Positions 19,425-29,525 of a DNA stretch of 64,000 bases are shown one piece after another (the first letter of the stretch is position 1; each line of letters opens with the position of its first letter). The notes under the pieces are model-generated. The model saw nothing but the letters and a program-made list of their open reading frames with translations, did no database searches and was not told the DNA's origin. The translations under genes and the position numbers were made by a program. The DNA comes from Spirochaetota bacterium. GTDB lineage: Bacteria; Spirochaetota; UBA4802; UBA5550. The stretch is taken from the NCBI GenBank assembly GCA_041737965.1, contig JBGSQT010000021.1:2959-66958 (forward strand), read 5' to 3'.

Positions 19425-20044
19425 GTGCTTTCCTTTTATGCGGTATTTTGTGATAACAGGGTTCTACTTATTTTACGAAAATTTCATCTCCGTGGCTCTT
19501 CGCATTGCCATGGTTCGACAACTGGTCGACGAACACCGGGTTCAGTCAGGCGTACCAGACCACAGGCCCGGCGCTCAAGGAAGACAATCGACAGATCTTT
19601 TTATTATACACATGCAGATATAACATTGTCACCATTGAAGAAATCAATTCTTTTTTATCCCGGATCGAGTGTTTTTCAACTGATGAGTGATAGATGATTT
19701 GACGTAATAATAGAATGTATCCGGCCCTTTGTCACGATAGCCAGGCATGCTGGCATAATCATCTATGGCGTATCCGGTTGATTTGCGTACATGAGTCATT
19801 GAAACTCTATTCAGCCTTTTTTGAAAAAAAACAGGGCGGGGATGCACAAGGATGCATCGGTGCGCGTTAGCTCTAATTGGGTTATCGGCATCTGTACAGA
19901 CGCTTTGTTTTCTTGTGAATACCGAATCCGGTATGACACGGGTTGTACCGGGAGCAGTTAAAATTTCACGCCGCTGAAAATTCCTGCGCTGGTCACTGAT
20001 CAAACATCAATTACGGGGGAGGGCCGCATCTCAGGCGGCAATGG

Positions 20045-21370
20045 CTAAAAAACGATCCCGACGGTGATGAGGACCAGCGCCGCGTTTCCAAGGTAGTTGT
20101 ATTCGGTCAGCCTTTTCCCAAAAAAACCGTAGACCTCGATACCCGCGTTGAAGTCGTTGATGTTGGCATATGAGAGGCCGATGGAGACGATCGATGACCT
20201 CTGGGCGATGTTGCCGATGACGTTTGTTTTAAACGTGAAGTCGCTGGTGAAAAATTTATTTACCGTCATGAAAAATGCGGTGTAATACCGCGAATGATAG
20301 TTGACCTCGAAGAGGCCGTTGCCGGAGAGGTAGACGGCCTTTGTCCCCGACGGGACGTATACGTCGAAATCGTTCACCCTGACCTTCACCGGGACGTCGA
20401 AGTCGTATATTGTGTTGTCCCGGAAGATGTTCCGGTGGTATCCGTCGCCGTTGAAGAAGAACTCCAGGTTTACCTGTATCCTGTCCGGCTGGCCGTTGAA
20501 GTCGAAGGCATGACCCAGGTCGATGCACGCTTTGGGAATCCATTTTGAATCGTCGCGGTCGGCGGTCAGGACGTTCCCGATCGTTCTGATCATACGCGTA
20601 TTGCTTCCGCGTGAAAGGCTTGCCTCGCCGACAATGTCTATTTGAAGTATGCGTGTGGAAAAGTCGTAGCCGTACACCGGATGATAATGGTTTTTCCCCC
20701 ACACGGAAAAGGCCATCTCGGTGCCGCCGACCAGGAACTCGATCTTACCGGCCCCCGCGATTTCGCTCGCGTCGTCAATTTTGTGGGTGATGGCAAAACC
20801 GTAGAGGTTGGCGCTGGTGCCGAAGGGGACGTGCATCTTGATTCCGTGGCTCCCCTCGCGCGCCCCGATCTTCGTCAGAAAGGTTTTCTTCTCCGTGTTC
20901 ACGAGGTCAGTCGGGTTCCAGAGATAGCAGCGCCCCCACTGGATGATCTGCTTGCCGGTGCGGAAATAAACGGCCCTGCTGATGTTGAAATCGATGAACA
21001 GTTCCCTGACGAAAAATTCGGCTTTGTTGTCGCTCGCGTTGTAGAGCGTCTCGAAGTTGCCGAAGCCCTTTACGTCCGCCGGGAGGCGGATGTCGGCAAA
21101 AAGCGTGCCGAGAATATAGGGCTGGAACTGGTCCCCCCCCCCGTCGGTCCGCTCGGCGATGTAGCTGTTCACGCTGGAGAGTCTGCCCGATATGCCATAG
21201 CGCTTTTTATTCTGATTCTCGTCCAGGTTGTTTTTCTCGAACTTCGAGCTTTCGATCACCGTGTCCGGGCTGGAAAAGAGCTCGTCTTCCTCCGACTTCT
21301 TTTCGTCGGCGCCCAGGACAAGGGCTGGAACGATCAGCACCGCGAGCGCGGCCATCAGTAGTTTTCTCAT
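20045..21370 (-). CDS. putative outer-membrane beta-barrel protein of the ABC/LolA-like cluster
   Basis: Start moved to ATG 21370 (MRKLLMAALAVLIVPALVLGA signal peptide). Alternating beta-strand pattern, aromatic girdle residues, C-terminal ...LITVGIVF (terminal Phe). 7 nt downstream of the LolA-like gene. Confidence 0.65.
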   Translation of the reverse strand: MRKLLMAALAVLIVPALVLGADEKKSEEDELFSSPDTVIESSKFEKNNLDENQNKKRYGISGRLSSVNSYIAERTDGGGDQFQPYILGTLFADIRLPADVKGFGNFETLYNASDNKAEFFVRELFIDFNISRAVYFRTGKQIIQWGRCYLWNPTDLVNTEKKTFLTKIGAREGSHGIKMHVPFGTSANLYGFAITHKIDDASEIAGAGKIEFLVGGTEMAFSVWGKNHYHPVYGYDFSTRILQIDIVGEASLSRGSNTRMIRTIGNVLTADRDDSKWIPKACIDLGHAFDFNGQPDRIQVNLEFFFNGDGYHRNIFRDNTIYDFDVPVKVRVNDFDVYVPSGTKAVYLSGNGLFEVNYHSRYYTAFFMTVNKFFTSDFTFKTNVIGNIAQRSSIVSIGLSYANINDFNAGIEVYGFFGKRLTEYNYLGNAALVLITVGIVF

Positions 21371-21377
21371 GGCCGGC

Positions 21378-22136
21378 CTACTTGCTGAGGTTTTCAAGAT
21401 ACGCTTTCGTGAAGATTGAGTTCTCGAGCTTGTTCGTCGATATCCCGGAGATCTCAACCAGCGTCCGGTTCCCCGCCTCGAACTCGTCGATGAAAAGCTG
21501 TTTTACCGGCACATACCGGCCTTCAACGATGGTGTAGTTCATGTAGTATGCCGTCTGCATCAGAGTCCCCGACTTGGAAAAAGACTGTTCCTTGAGGGGG
21601 AGGCCGTTGTCCTGCCGCACCCAGTATATCTTCCTGGGATAATCGACGTCGTTCACCTTCGCGCTTATGGAGAATTTGTACACCGGAATCACCCCGAGCT
21701 TTTCCTCGGTGACCGGGTCCTTCGTCGGCTCGTAAAGCTGGGTGAGCTTGCGTTTTTCGAAGTCGTCGGCCTTGGCGTCCGACCCGCCGATGCTCTCGTC
21801 GCGGTTCACGTGCTGGAAGGTTCTGGTGTTGCTCCGGTACATCCAGAAGTTTTCCCCCACCCTGAGGTACCCGTTGCCCTTTTCGGTCTCGGGGGCGATC
21901 ATTACGATAAGAAAGGAATCGTCGGAGTCGCGGCGGTAGTAGAGCATATTTATTTTTTTGGTGCCCTGGCCTGTCTTTGTCTGAGTGAGATCGACCCTGG
22001 CGCGGACGTCGGTGGTCATCTCCTGAAGGTCCTCGATCTTCTTCATCATGCTGAGAGGCGCAGGCTCGGAGAAGGCCGCGGAATAGGCGACGGCCATTGC
22101 GATCGGCATGCACAGGGTAATGATGATTCTTTTCAT
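21378..22136 (-). CDS. outer-membrane lipoprotein-sorting (LolA-like) protein
   Basis: Start at ATG 22136 (AGGAGA RBS). MKRIIITLCMPIAMAVAYSAAFS signal. Motif string ...YLRVGENFWMYRSNTRTFQHVNRDESIGGSDAKADDF... and C-terminal ..SIFTKAYLE match my memory of the LolA_like family consensus. Confidence 0.75.
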   Translation of the reverse strand: MKRIIITLCMPIAMAVAYSAAFSEPAPLSMMKKIEDLQEMTTDVRARVDLTQTKTGQGTKKINMLYYRRDSDDSFLIVMIAPETEKGNGYLRVGENFWMYRSNTRTFQHVNRDESIGGSDAKADDFEKRKLTQLYEPTKDPVTEEKLGVIPVYKFSISAKVNDVDYPRKIYWVRQDNGLPLKEQSFSKSGTLMQTAYYMNYTIVEGRYVPVKQLFIDEFEAGNRTLVEISGISTNKLENSIFTKAYLENLSK

Positions 22137-22260
22137 GTCTGTCTCCTGAAAAGTGCGTGTTGTGAACTCCCGGACCAATGCTTCGCGGGAGCGCCTCGGG
22201 AGCGGTCATGTAACGCCTCAACCGGTCTCCATCCCCCCCGAGGCGGGGGATTTTATTGCA

Positions 22261-24033
22261 TCACTCAAAATGCCGGAGCGCGGCGGCAGCCGACATATTC
22301 GCCGCCCTGCGCGCGGGGAAAAACGCCGTCACCACTGCGATCAGCATGATGAGCACGACATTTCCTATCACCCCGGTGAAGGTCGGCACGAAGTGAAGGT
22401 GCTGCTTCACGAGGAGTATCCCCATGGGATTGTCCACCACATGGAACGAAATGAGCGAGAGCACCCCCATGGCAAGGAACGCCAGGATTACGCCGGCGAT
22501 CGAGGAGAAGAAGGTAAGGAACGCCGTCTCAAGGATGAATATGCTCCGCACGTCCTTACGCTGCATCCCTATGGCGCGGATGGTGCCTATCTCCCGCGTT
22601 CGTTCCCGGATGGTCATCCGCAGTGTATTGATGACCCCGATGAGGATGATAAAGAACAGCACCAGAACGGCCGACAGGGTTATGAGGTTGAGGGCCCCTT
22701 CGAGCTTCAGCACGTCGCTGGCGGTTTCGTACATGGAGCCGACCTGAATCGTCGCCGCCTTGACTTTTCTTCTTGCGATGTCCCGCATGTTCTTTTTCGC
22801 GTCATCCGTGGTCCGTGCGCGGGCGACCAGCTCCCACTCCTTTCCGAGGGCCTGCGCGAAGGGGGCGCCCGTTGCGGGAATGAATGCCTTTTTCGCGTCA
22901 ATTGCCAGGTCCGGAAGGCTCTCGTAGAATCTGGGATAGAAGAGCGCCTCATGCATGTAGACCGTGTCCGTTCCGGTCCACCTGTCGGCGATGAACACCC
23001 CCCTGACCTCGGCGCTGAAAGACGCCTCTTTATTCTCGTATTTCGGCTTGAAACGGAACTCCACCGTGCTTCCGGCGCGCGCGCCGAGAGCCCTGGAGAG
23101 CCTGTCGCTTATCATCACGCCGTTTCTGGAGAGGACGCCGCCCATCTTTCCGCTCTTGAGCCTGAAGGAGCCCGCAATGAGTTTTTTCTTCGCGTCGTCG
23201 TTTCCCATGAAGGGGATCACGGTGACGGCGGCCTTTCGCCCCCCGCGCGAGACGGTTCCGTATATGAAAGCGGGCCCCGGAACGAGCGCGTCGTGAATTT
23301 TGTCCGCCACCCTGATCGCGTCCCTCTGCGGGTCGCGGAGCGTCAGGTGGATACTGCCGCATTCCCATGGACGGTATCCCATGATCTCCTTCAGGTTTTT
23401 GAGCTCCACGAACATCACGCCCTGCATAAAGATGTTGTCGTTCGACATGATGCCGGTCAGGGTGAGGCGGGCCGACTGGGTCTGGCCGTAGATGTTCCGG
23501 AACCGTATCCGGATGATATCATTTCTCTTTACGTTGAGCACGTCCGCCTTTTCCTTTGAAAGGATCACCGCGTTTTCGATCTTCGGATCGGAAAGCTGCT
23601 TGTAATCGCCCTCTATAAGGTGAAAAGACTCGTCGTATTCCTTCATGAGTTTTTCATCGATTGCAATGCCGGTGTTGATGCCCACCAGCACCATGTTCTC
23701 GGTCCTGCCGTTGCCCACCGCCCTGAGAAAAATTCCGATGGCCTCATCCATCAGGACTACGGAATCGCCGGCATTATCCCTTATAATCTTTTCAAAGCGC
23801 TTCTTGTCTCGGAAGATCGCCAGTTCCCTGCCGCGGCCCTCTCCCGGGTGGACGCTCACGTGGCCCGCCACGTGCACGACTATCTTGTTGAAAAGGATGT
23901 CCGAAATTCCGTGCGAGAAGGAATTGGCCAGCACCATTATCATCACGCCGAAGGCCATCGCGCTTCCCAGGAACATGCTTCTTCTCTTCTGCCGAGAGAG
24001 GTTGCGGAGACTCACCATAAAAAGGAATTTCAT
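22261..24033 (-). CDS. ABC transporter permease, FtsX/MacB-type (large periplasmic domain)
   Basis: 590-aa ORF. N-terminal TM (MFLGSAMAFGVMIMVLA), ~400-aa extracytoplasmic domain, and a C-terminal 3-TM FtsX block (..INTLRMTIRERTREIGTIRAIGMQRKDV..). Confidence 0.85.
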   Translation of the reverse strand: MKFLFMVSLRNLSRQKRRSMFLGSAMAFGVMIMVLANSFSHGISDILFNKIVVHVAGHVSVHPGEGRGRELAIFRDKKRFEKIIRDNAGDSVVLMDEAIGIFLRAVGNGRTENMVLVGINTGIAIDEKLMKEYDESFHLIEGDYKQLSDPKIENAVILSKEKADVLNVKRNDIIRIRFRNIYGQTQSARLTLTGIMSNDNIFMQGVMFVELKNLKEIMGYRPWECGSIHLTLRDPQRDAIRVADKIHDALVPGPAFIYGTVSRGGRKAAVTVIPFMGNDDAKKKLIAGSFRLKSGKMGGVLSRNGVMISDRLSRALGARAGSTVEFRFKPKYENKEASFSAEVRGVFIADRWTGTDTVYMHEALFYPRFYESLPDLAIDAKKAFIPATGAPFAQALGKEWELVARARTTDDAKKNMRDIARRKVKAATIQVGSMYETASDVLKLEGALNLITLSAVLVLFFIILIGVINTLRMTIRERTREIGTIRAIGMQRKDVRSIFILETAFLTFFSSIAGVILAFLAMGVLSLISFHVVDNPMGILLVKQHLHFVPTFTGVIGNVVLIMLIAVVTAFFPARRAANMSAAAALRHFE

Positions 24034-24043
24034 ATCATCCTCC

Positions 24044-25576
24044 CTAATCCCTCGATATCGCGTCGAGCGGCGTGATCCCCTTCGCCACTTTGACCGGGTA
24101 AATAACGGTGATGAAGGTCACCAGCAGGAGCTCGCATAAAACCAGAAGGATGTCCCCCGCAGAAAGATAGGGCGCGAATGTGTCTCCGCCGAAAAGAAGC
24201 TGCACGAGGTCGTTGTCAGAGGTTATGCGAAATAGCGGCGCGATGTTGACCATGATGATTCCGGTGACAACGCCGAGTCCGCCGAAGAGCCCCGAAAGGA
24301 TCGCCGTTTCCCCGAGAAACATGCTGCCGATGAATCCCTTCCTCGCCCCGATGGCGCGCATCATGCCGATCTCGGTGGTGCGTTCAAGCGCCGCCATAGT
24401 GAGCGTGTTCACTATGATGATGATCGCCACGAGGAAAAGGAACATGACGAAAATAACGAGCGCCCCTTTGATGATGGTCGCCATGCTGCCTATGAAGCCG
24501 GATGCGCTTTTCCATGTGGTGGCCCTGACACCGAGATTGGCGGCGGACAGCGACCTGTTGAGCCTCGCAAGCCCTTTATTGAGCGAGACGCCGTCTCTGA
24601 GCCTGATGAGCACGAGGTTGTACGCGCCCGCCTCCAGGTCGACCCCCTCGGAGGTTTTTGGGAGCTCCTTCCGCTTGAAACTTATTCCGGAGATGTCTGA
24701 TTTTCCGGTGTCGGCGACCAGAAAATCGGATTTCCCGAACATGGCGTCGAGGTTCTCGCTGTCGAGTTCAAGGAGCTTCTTCCTTTCCCCCTTAACTTCC
24801 TGGGAAGAATCCGATGCGGCAAAGTACCCGAGGCAGCGCCGGTAGGATTCGATGTCAACGATGGAAAAATGGCCCCAGATGGTGTTGAGCGCGTTGTACC
24901 TTATTATTCCCCTGACTGGCAGGCGGATGTCGGAGCTGGAGTATTCATCGGACATGCCCATGAAGACGGCGTTCTTTTTCACGTTCAGGTCTTTCAGATT
25001 CTTTCTGGCGTCCTCACTGAGGTTTTTGCGCGACAGCCCGGCGCCTTCGGGTATGAGCCAGACGTTCATCTGGTCATAAATCTCCTCGCGCCATTTAAGC
25101 GGGATGAGAATCCCGGCTTCGCCCTTTTCCAGGAGCCGCCCCTCGACAGGCAGAAAATTGTCAGGAAAAAACTGCCGGTACTGGGCGAAGTCCGTGCCGA
25201 TCAGCATCGCATACCCCGGTTCGCCCTCCTCCTCGTTGAGGATCATGGCCACGTTCTTTCCGATCGGCAGGAAGGCCTTTATGTAATCTTCCTTTAAAAG
25301 GAGTTTTTTTATGTCCTTGTAATTCCCGATCCTCTCAACGGATTCGCCGTACAGCTTGAAAAGGACATTGTCGGATTTTTCCTTTCCGGGGATGATCACC
25401 AGATCTCCCAGAAATCCGTTCACGATGTTCTTTTCCAGGCCGTGGTCCATCCCCGATATGACGCCGTTGCCTACCGTCATGAGGAGGGAGCCGAGAAAGA
25501 GAATGATCCCGATGATGAGGCTTTTTCCCTTGTGCCGGAGGATGTTCCGCCACGCGATTTTAAATATAAGTGCCAT
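24044..25576 (-). CDS. ABC transporter permease, FtsX/MacB-type
   Basis: 510-aa ORF. MALIFKIAWRNILRHKGKSLIIGIILFLGSLLM start typical of the family. C-terminal FtsX block (..VNTLTMAALERTTEIGMMRAIGARKGFI..). Confidence 0.85.
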   Translation of the reverse strand: MALIFKIAWRNILRHKGKSLIIGIILFLGSLLMTVGNGVISGMDHGLEKNIVNGFLGDLVIIPGKEKSDNVLFKLYGESVERIGNYKDIKKLLLKEDYIKAFLPIGKNVAMILNEEEGEPGYAMLIGTDFAQYRQFFPDNFLPVEGRLLEKGEAGILIPLKWREEIYDQMNVWLIPEGAGLSRKNLSEDARKNLKDLNVKKNAVFMGMSDEYSSSDIRLPVRGIIRYNALNTIWGHFSIVDIESYRRCLGYFAASDSSQEVKGERKKLLELDSENLDAMFGKSDFLVADTGKSDISGISFKRKELPKTSEGVDLEAGAYNLVLIRLRDGVSLNKGLARLNRSLSAANLGVRATTWKSASGFIGSMATIIKGALVIFVMFLFLVAIIIIVNTLTMAALERTTEIGMMRAIGARKGFIGSMFLGETAILSGLFGGLGVVTGIIMVNIAPLFRITSDNDLVQLLFGGDTFAPYLSAGDILLVLCELLLVTFITVIYPVKVAKGITPLDAISRD

Positions 25577-25579
25577 GGG

Positions 25580-26257
25580 TCACCTCTTGACTATCTTTCC
25601 GTCTCGTATCTTGATGATGCCCCGCGCGTATTTGAGGACGTTCGCGTCATGTGTGGAGAAGATGAATGTCGTCTTCTCGATCTTGTTCATCGCCCTCATC
25701 AGCTCGAGTATCTGCTGGCCGGTCACCGAGTCGAGGTTCGCCGTCGGCTCGTCGGCAAGGACGATGTCAGGATTGGTCACCAGCGCCCGTGCGATGGCCA
25801 CACGCTGGCGCTGCCCGCCTGAAAGCTCCGCAGGGCGGTGGCGAATATGCTCGGTGAGCCCCACCTCGTCGATGAGCTTTTCGGCCCGCTCCCTCGATTC
25901 CGACTTTGACATTTTTTTCATCAGAAGAAGGGGGAATTCCACGTTTTCACGGACATCGAGCACCGGTATAAGGTTGAAGGTCTGGAAAATGAAGCCTATC
26001 TTATGAAGCCGCATGTCGGTGATTTTCCTGTCGTCGAGCGTCGTGATCTCGGTGCCGGCTATCTTCACGCTCCCCTCGGTGGCGTTGTCGATGCAGCCGA
26101 TGATGTTCAGAAGCGTCGTCTTGCCGCTTCCCGACGGCCCCACTATGCTCAGGAAATCACCCTCTTTGATATTGAGGTCCATCCTGCGGAGGGCGTGCAC
26201 CGTGGTCGTGCCCAGGGGATAATCCTTTGTAAGATCTCTGATCTCAATGATGTTCAT
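25580..26257 (-). CDS. ABC transporter ATP-binding protein (LolD/MacB-ATPase-like)
   Basis: Start at ATG 26257 (GGAGG RBS). Walker A GPSGSGKTT, signature LSGGQRQRVAIARAL, Walker B IVLADEPT, H-loop STHD. Confidence 0.92.
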   Translation of the reverse strand: MNIIEIRDLTKDYPLGTTTVHALRRMDLNIKEGDFLSIVGPSGSGKTTLLNIIGCIDNATEGSVKIAGTEITTLDDRKITDMRLHKIGFIFQTFNLIPVLDVRENVEFPLLLMKKMSKSESRERAEKLIDEVGLTEHIRHRPAELSGGQRQRVAIARALVTNPDIVLADEPTANLDSVTGQQILELMRAMNKIEKTTFIFSTHDANVLKYARGIIKIRDGKIVKR

Positions 26258-26416
26258 CGCGCCTCCTTCCCCTGTCCGGGTAGTGCAGTAAGGATTATTA
26301 TATGGTTTACAAAAGTGCATTAACAGAATAATGCACCTCTAATTTAGTCAATATTAATATTTCTTATCTGCCAGTCAGCGCGGAATTTCCCGGAGCCGGA
26401 ACGTGAATGGTTTCCC

Positions 26417-26680
26417 CTACTTTTTCTCCCTCCCGATATTCCTGGCGCGCTCGATCTGCTCGAGTATCGTGGAGAGCCGGTCCTGCCGCGGGCGCAGGAT
26501 CGACGATATCTCCTCGTCGCTGAAATGCTCTTTCAGCCAGGCGCCGATTTCGATGGCGTGGAAGGTGCAGTTCATGATCTGCCCGCAGGGCTTTCCCTCC
26601 TCGGCGCTGCGGCAGTAGGAAAAGGGGACGGAGTGGCCCAGCCTTTTGCAATGAAATTCCTGTGAATCGTATCTGTCCAT
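26417..26680 (-). CDS. small Cys-rich hypothetical protein
   Basis: 87-aa ORF with C-x11-C-x8-C-x5-C (CKRLGHSVPFSYCRSAEEGKPCGQIMNC) followed by a charged helix. Sits ~160 nt upstream of the ABC operon on the same strand. Confidence 0.45.
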   Translation of the reverse strand: MDRYDSQEFHCKRLGHSVPFSYCRSAEEGKPCGQIMNCTFHAIEIGAWLKEHFSDEEISSILRPRQDRLSTILEQIERARNIGREKK

Positions 26681-26758
26681 AATGATCTCCTTTTTCAGCT
26701 TAGAGCATATTTACGCGCGCATAAAAAAATCGCGCAGGCCGGTGCTGGCAATGCCCGC

Positions 26759-27685
26759 TCATATACGCCTGATCCACCGGACAAAGGGGTTGCTCTCGTC
26801 GCTTTTCGCGTTCACCACGATGATCCCGGCCACGACCAGCGCCAGAGAGGCGAAGACCATGGGCGTCACCGGCTCGTCCAGCAGAAACCAGGAGAGAGAC
26901 ACCCCGGCGATGGGCATGATGAACAGGTACGAATGGAGCGCCACTGCCCCGTATTTTTTCACCAGCACGTTCCAGGCGATGAACCCGTAGGACCCGGTGA
27001 CCGCGCTCTGGAATGCCATGGAGGCGATCACCTTCCAGTTCAGGTCGAACACCATGGCGCTGTCGAAAAGGCACCCGCCGATCAGGTAGACCGGCACTGC
27101 GACGGTGAGCTGGTACAGCACCACCTGATACGGCATGATCTCGTCGATGATGAGTTTGATGTACACGGCTGACGCGGCCCACAGAATGGTCGCCGCGAGG
27201 ATCATCAGGTCGCCGGGATTCCACGCGCCGCCCGCGATGGACGCGGGGTCCGCCAGCACCACGATCCCGGCGACGCCCAGTATCACGCCGCCGAGCTTCC
27301 GCGCGGTGAACGTGTCGCCCGGAATGAAAAAGTGCGCCATGAACAGCAGGAAAAACGGCTGGATGTTCCCGATGAGTATCGCCTTTGTCGCGCTGGTGCG
27401 GCTGATCCCCTGGTAGAAAAGCCCGAGCTGGGCGGTGAAGGCGACTCCCATGACCAGTGCGCGGACCAGGTTTTTTCTCTCCATCGCCAGGGGCCGTTTC
27501 GTGGCGAGCGCCCAGATCACGATGAAAACCGCCGCCAGGGCGAAACGGACCCCGGCGGTCGTAAAGACACCGATGCCGCCGTAGGCGATTTTTACCGCCA
27601 CCGCGTTGGCGCCGAAAGAGCAGAGGAGAAAGACGGCCAGAAACGAATCCCGGACCGTCAGAGTGTTGTTATGTGCCGTTGTCAT
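26759..27685 (-). CDS. DMT-superfamily (EamA-like) transporter
   Basis: ORF track 356 aa. Likely start is ATG 27685 (MTTAHNNTLTVRDSFLAVFLL..). Ten hydrophobic segments in two EamA-like halves. Confidence 0.8.
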   Translation of the reverse strand: MTTAHNNTLTVRDSFLAVFLLCSFGANAVAVKIAYGGIGVFTTAGVRFALAAVFIVIWALATKRPLAMERKNLVRALVMGVAFTAQLGLFYQGISRTSATKAILIGNIQPFFLLFMAHFFIPGDTFTARKLGGVILGVAGIVVLADPASIAGGAWNPGDLMILAATILWAASAVYIKLIIDEIMPYQVVLYQLTVAVPVYLIGGCLFDSAMVFDLNWKVIASMAFQSAVTGSYGFIAWNVLVKKYGAVALHSYLFIMPIAGVSLSWFLLDEPVTPMVFASLALVVAGIIVVNAKSDESNPFVRWIRRI

Positions 27686-27812
27686 GTTTACGCGCCGCCT
27701 CCGAGGCCCGTCACCGGAATCCGCGGATAAGGAACGCATGGTAGACTCGGACGGCGGTCTGTCAAGCGAATTGCATGTTTTTTGGAAAGCTCCGGATGGG
27801 GGGATTTCTGGA

Positions 27813-28130
27813 ATGCAGGGGGTGATCATATTTTCAACCTCATTGCATATCGGCGACCTTGCGCGTCTTTCTCCCGAAGAGATCGATTCAGTGCGGCGGC
27901 TCCCAGGCGGGGCGAAAAGCTACAAGGCCGCGGTGGACGCCGCGCTGGAGCTTTATCTGCTGTTTCGGTACCGCAATCGCCTTTATCCAGGGCTCTTCGA
28001 TCGACTGGGCGATGTCATTATTGACAGCGAAAAAATGGACGGGATCATGAGGATCATCCGTTCGGAAAGGGATGAGAGACCCTGCCTTTTCACCATGGAT
28101 CCCCATGATGCGGATGTAATGCTCCAATGA
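27813..28130 (+). CDS. hypothetical protein (weak call)
   Basis: Internal ATG of ORF 27606..28130. Moderately GC3-biased codons. No motif. Competes with antisense ORF 27888..28175. Confidence 0.3.
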   Translation: MQGVIIFSTSLHIGDLARLSPEEIDSVRRLPGGAKSYKAAVDAALELYLLFRYRNRLYPGLFDRLGDVIIDSEKMDGIMRIIRSERDERPCLFTMDPHDADVMLQ

Positions 28131-29012
28131 CTCATTCAAACAGCTGTTATTGCTTAAAATCGTGTTTTGCTTCAAATATGGATTTTATTCTTTACATCCA
28201 ATAAATTTTAACTACATAATTACCCTCTTCCAGATCAATCATTGGCTTATGTTGCGATTTGTTTTCATGTGTGTGTAGATTTGGTCAATCCTGGTCATTC
28301 GTATTTTATTACATATTGATTATAAATATATTATTATAACAATAATAAATAAAAAAAGATGTAATGACATAGAAGCTAAAAATTAATCGGCACCATGCAT
28401 TTAGAACGCATTTCTGTATATTATTAAGAGACGCTGTTATGAATTATTCTTGAAAAGAAGGTGATTTTATACTTCGTATAAGTCACGGTTGTTGACCGGG
28501 ATCCAATATACTTAGAGGAATGCTATTTATTTGGTACGAATACAAGTGACAGCCGACCAAATCTAAATTCGTGGTCATAAAATGCCACAGACATTCCTAA
28601 AACCATCTCATGTCCCCTTTCCTTTGACCTGTGTGATTGAGGATAGGTTATTGCCACTTTCTGTTTCGTTATCCGAGTAGGGACACCCAATTGCTCGACG
28701 AGGCAGGAGGTCGTAAGGAGGGCCGACGCAGTTTATGTTGTTGTAAGGCTATCATAACAACCTATATACTTAAACGAAAAAATGGCTTTTTAAAAGCGTA
28801 TAAGGAGGTATATTTTTTATTGACAAACCTTCAAAAATCAAATTAAGGGGAATCAGTCAATGTTTGATACTGACACAATCATTGATATTTATTAGAATAT
28901 ATGCGATTCTAATAAAAAGCATATAATAATGATCGAATCAAATAATTTATCTCGTTGTAAAATGATAGTATATATAGGTAATTAAATAAAAAAGAATTAA
29001 AGTAAGGATTAT

Positions 29013-29525
29013 ATGAAAAATTATGTAATAATTATTGCGATCGGTTTCCTTCTATGTGTGATATCTACATCTTATGTTTTTTCACTTGAAGAAGGTCAGG
29101 AGGTGCCGACTTTCCTTTTTCGCTGTGTCGATAATACCGTTATAAACCTAAAAACGCAATGCTCTAAAGGACCGATGGTTATCTCCTTTTTTGACCACAA
29201 GTGTCCCCCCTGCATGAAAGAAATTCCTTTTATGCAAAAAATTAAGAATGAGAACCCAACACTAAAGGTAATACTCGTGGCTGGGCAAATGACGAACGCA
29301 TATCAGGCAGTTGAATTTATCAAGCAAATTGAGGATGTTTCCAGTATTACAATAAATCTTCCGGTAGTGATCGACAAGCATGGAGGCATTGAGAATGATT
29401 TCGGTGTTACAAGTCATCCGGATGTCTTCATTATTAAAAATGGTTGTCATGTATTCAAACGTTATAAAGGGTATAATGAGTCGAATTCAACTGAAATCGT
29501 GAGCGCTGTTGAATTATTGAAGTAG
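29013..29525 (+). CDS. secreted TlpA/AhpC-TSA-like thioredoxin-fold thiol:disulfide oxidoreductase
   Basis: 170-aa ORF. Signal anchor MKNYVIIIAIGFLLCVISTSYVFS. Active-site FFDHKCPPCMKEIPFM (CxxC). Confidence 0.8.
   Translation: MKNYVIIIAIGFLLCVISTSYVFSLEEGQEVPTFLFRCVDNTVINLKTQCSKGPMVISFFDHKCPPCMKEIPFMQKIKNENPTLKVILVAGQMTNAYQAVEFIKQIEDVSSITINLPVVIDKHGGIENDFGVTSHPDVFIIKNGCHVFKRYKGYNESNSTEIVSAVELLK

Noticed and set aside
19425-20003. ORFs 19425..19697 (+), 19505..19690 (+), 19644..20003 (-)
   Set aside because: Mutually overlapping, with no RBS or motifs. Only the last ~51 codons of the minus ORF (MTHVRKSTGYAIDDY..) look protein-like. Evidence is insufficient, so I treat this as intergenic or degenerate.
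22855-22885. REP-like half-site (cattcccgcaacgggcg, minus strand) in the 590-aa permease gene
   Set aside because: Only a partial, imperfect match to the palindrome family. It encodes a normal-looking segment (FIPATGAPF) and is likely coincidental.
22153-23559. 468-aa plus-strand ORF
   Set aside because: Antisense to the FtsX-type permease 22261..24033, which has clear family motifs. The product is His/Arg/Glu/Pro-rich and not protein-like.
27888-28175. 95-aa minus-strand ORF at the island's left border
   Set aside because: Overlaps the slightly better plus-strand candidate 27813..28130. Neither has motifs, so I kept only the plus-strand one at low confidence.
28140-28320. Search for a direct repeat of the tRNA-Thr 3' end (att site) at the left island border
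   Set aside because: The only similarity is a 6-7-nt match (attggct vs gttggct), indistinguishable from chance. No integrase gene anywhere in the island.
28637-28846. 69-aa ORF in the AT-rich leader
   Set aside because: No RBS, and the composition is odd (Cys/Arg/Lys runs). It more likely reflects the GC-rich patch flagged as a possible RNA or relic.
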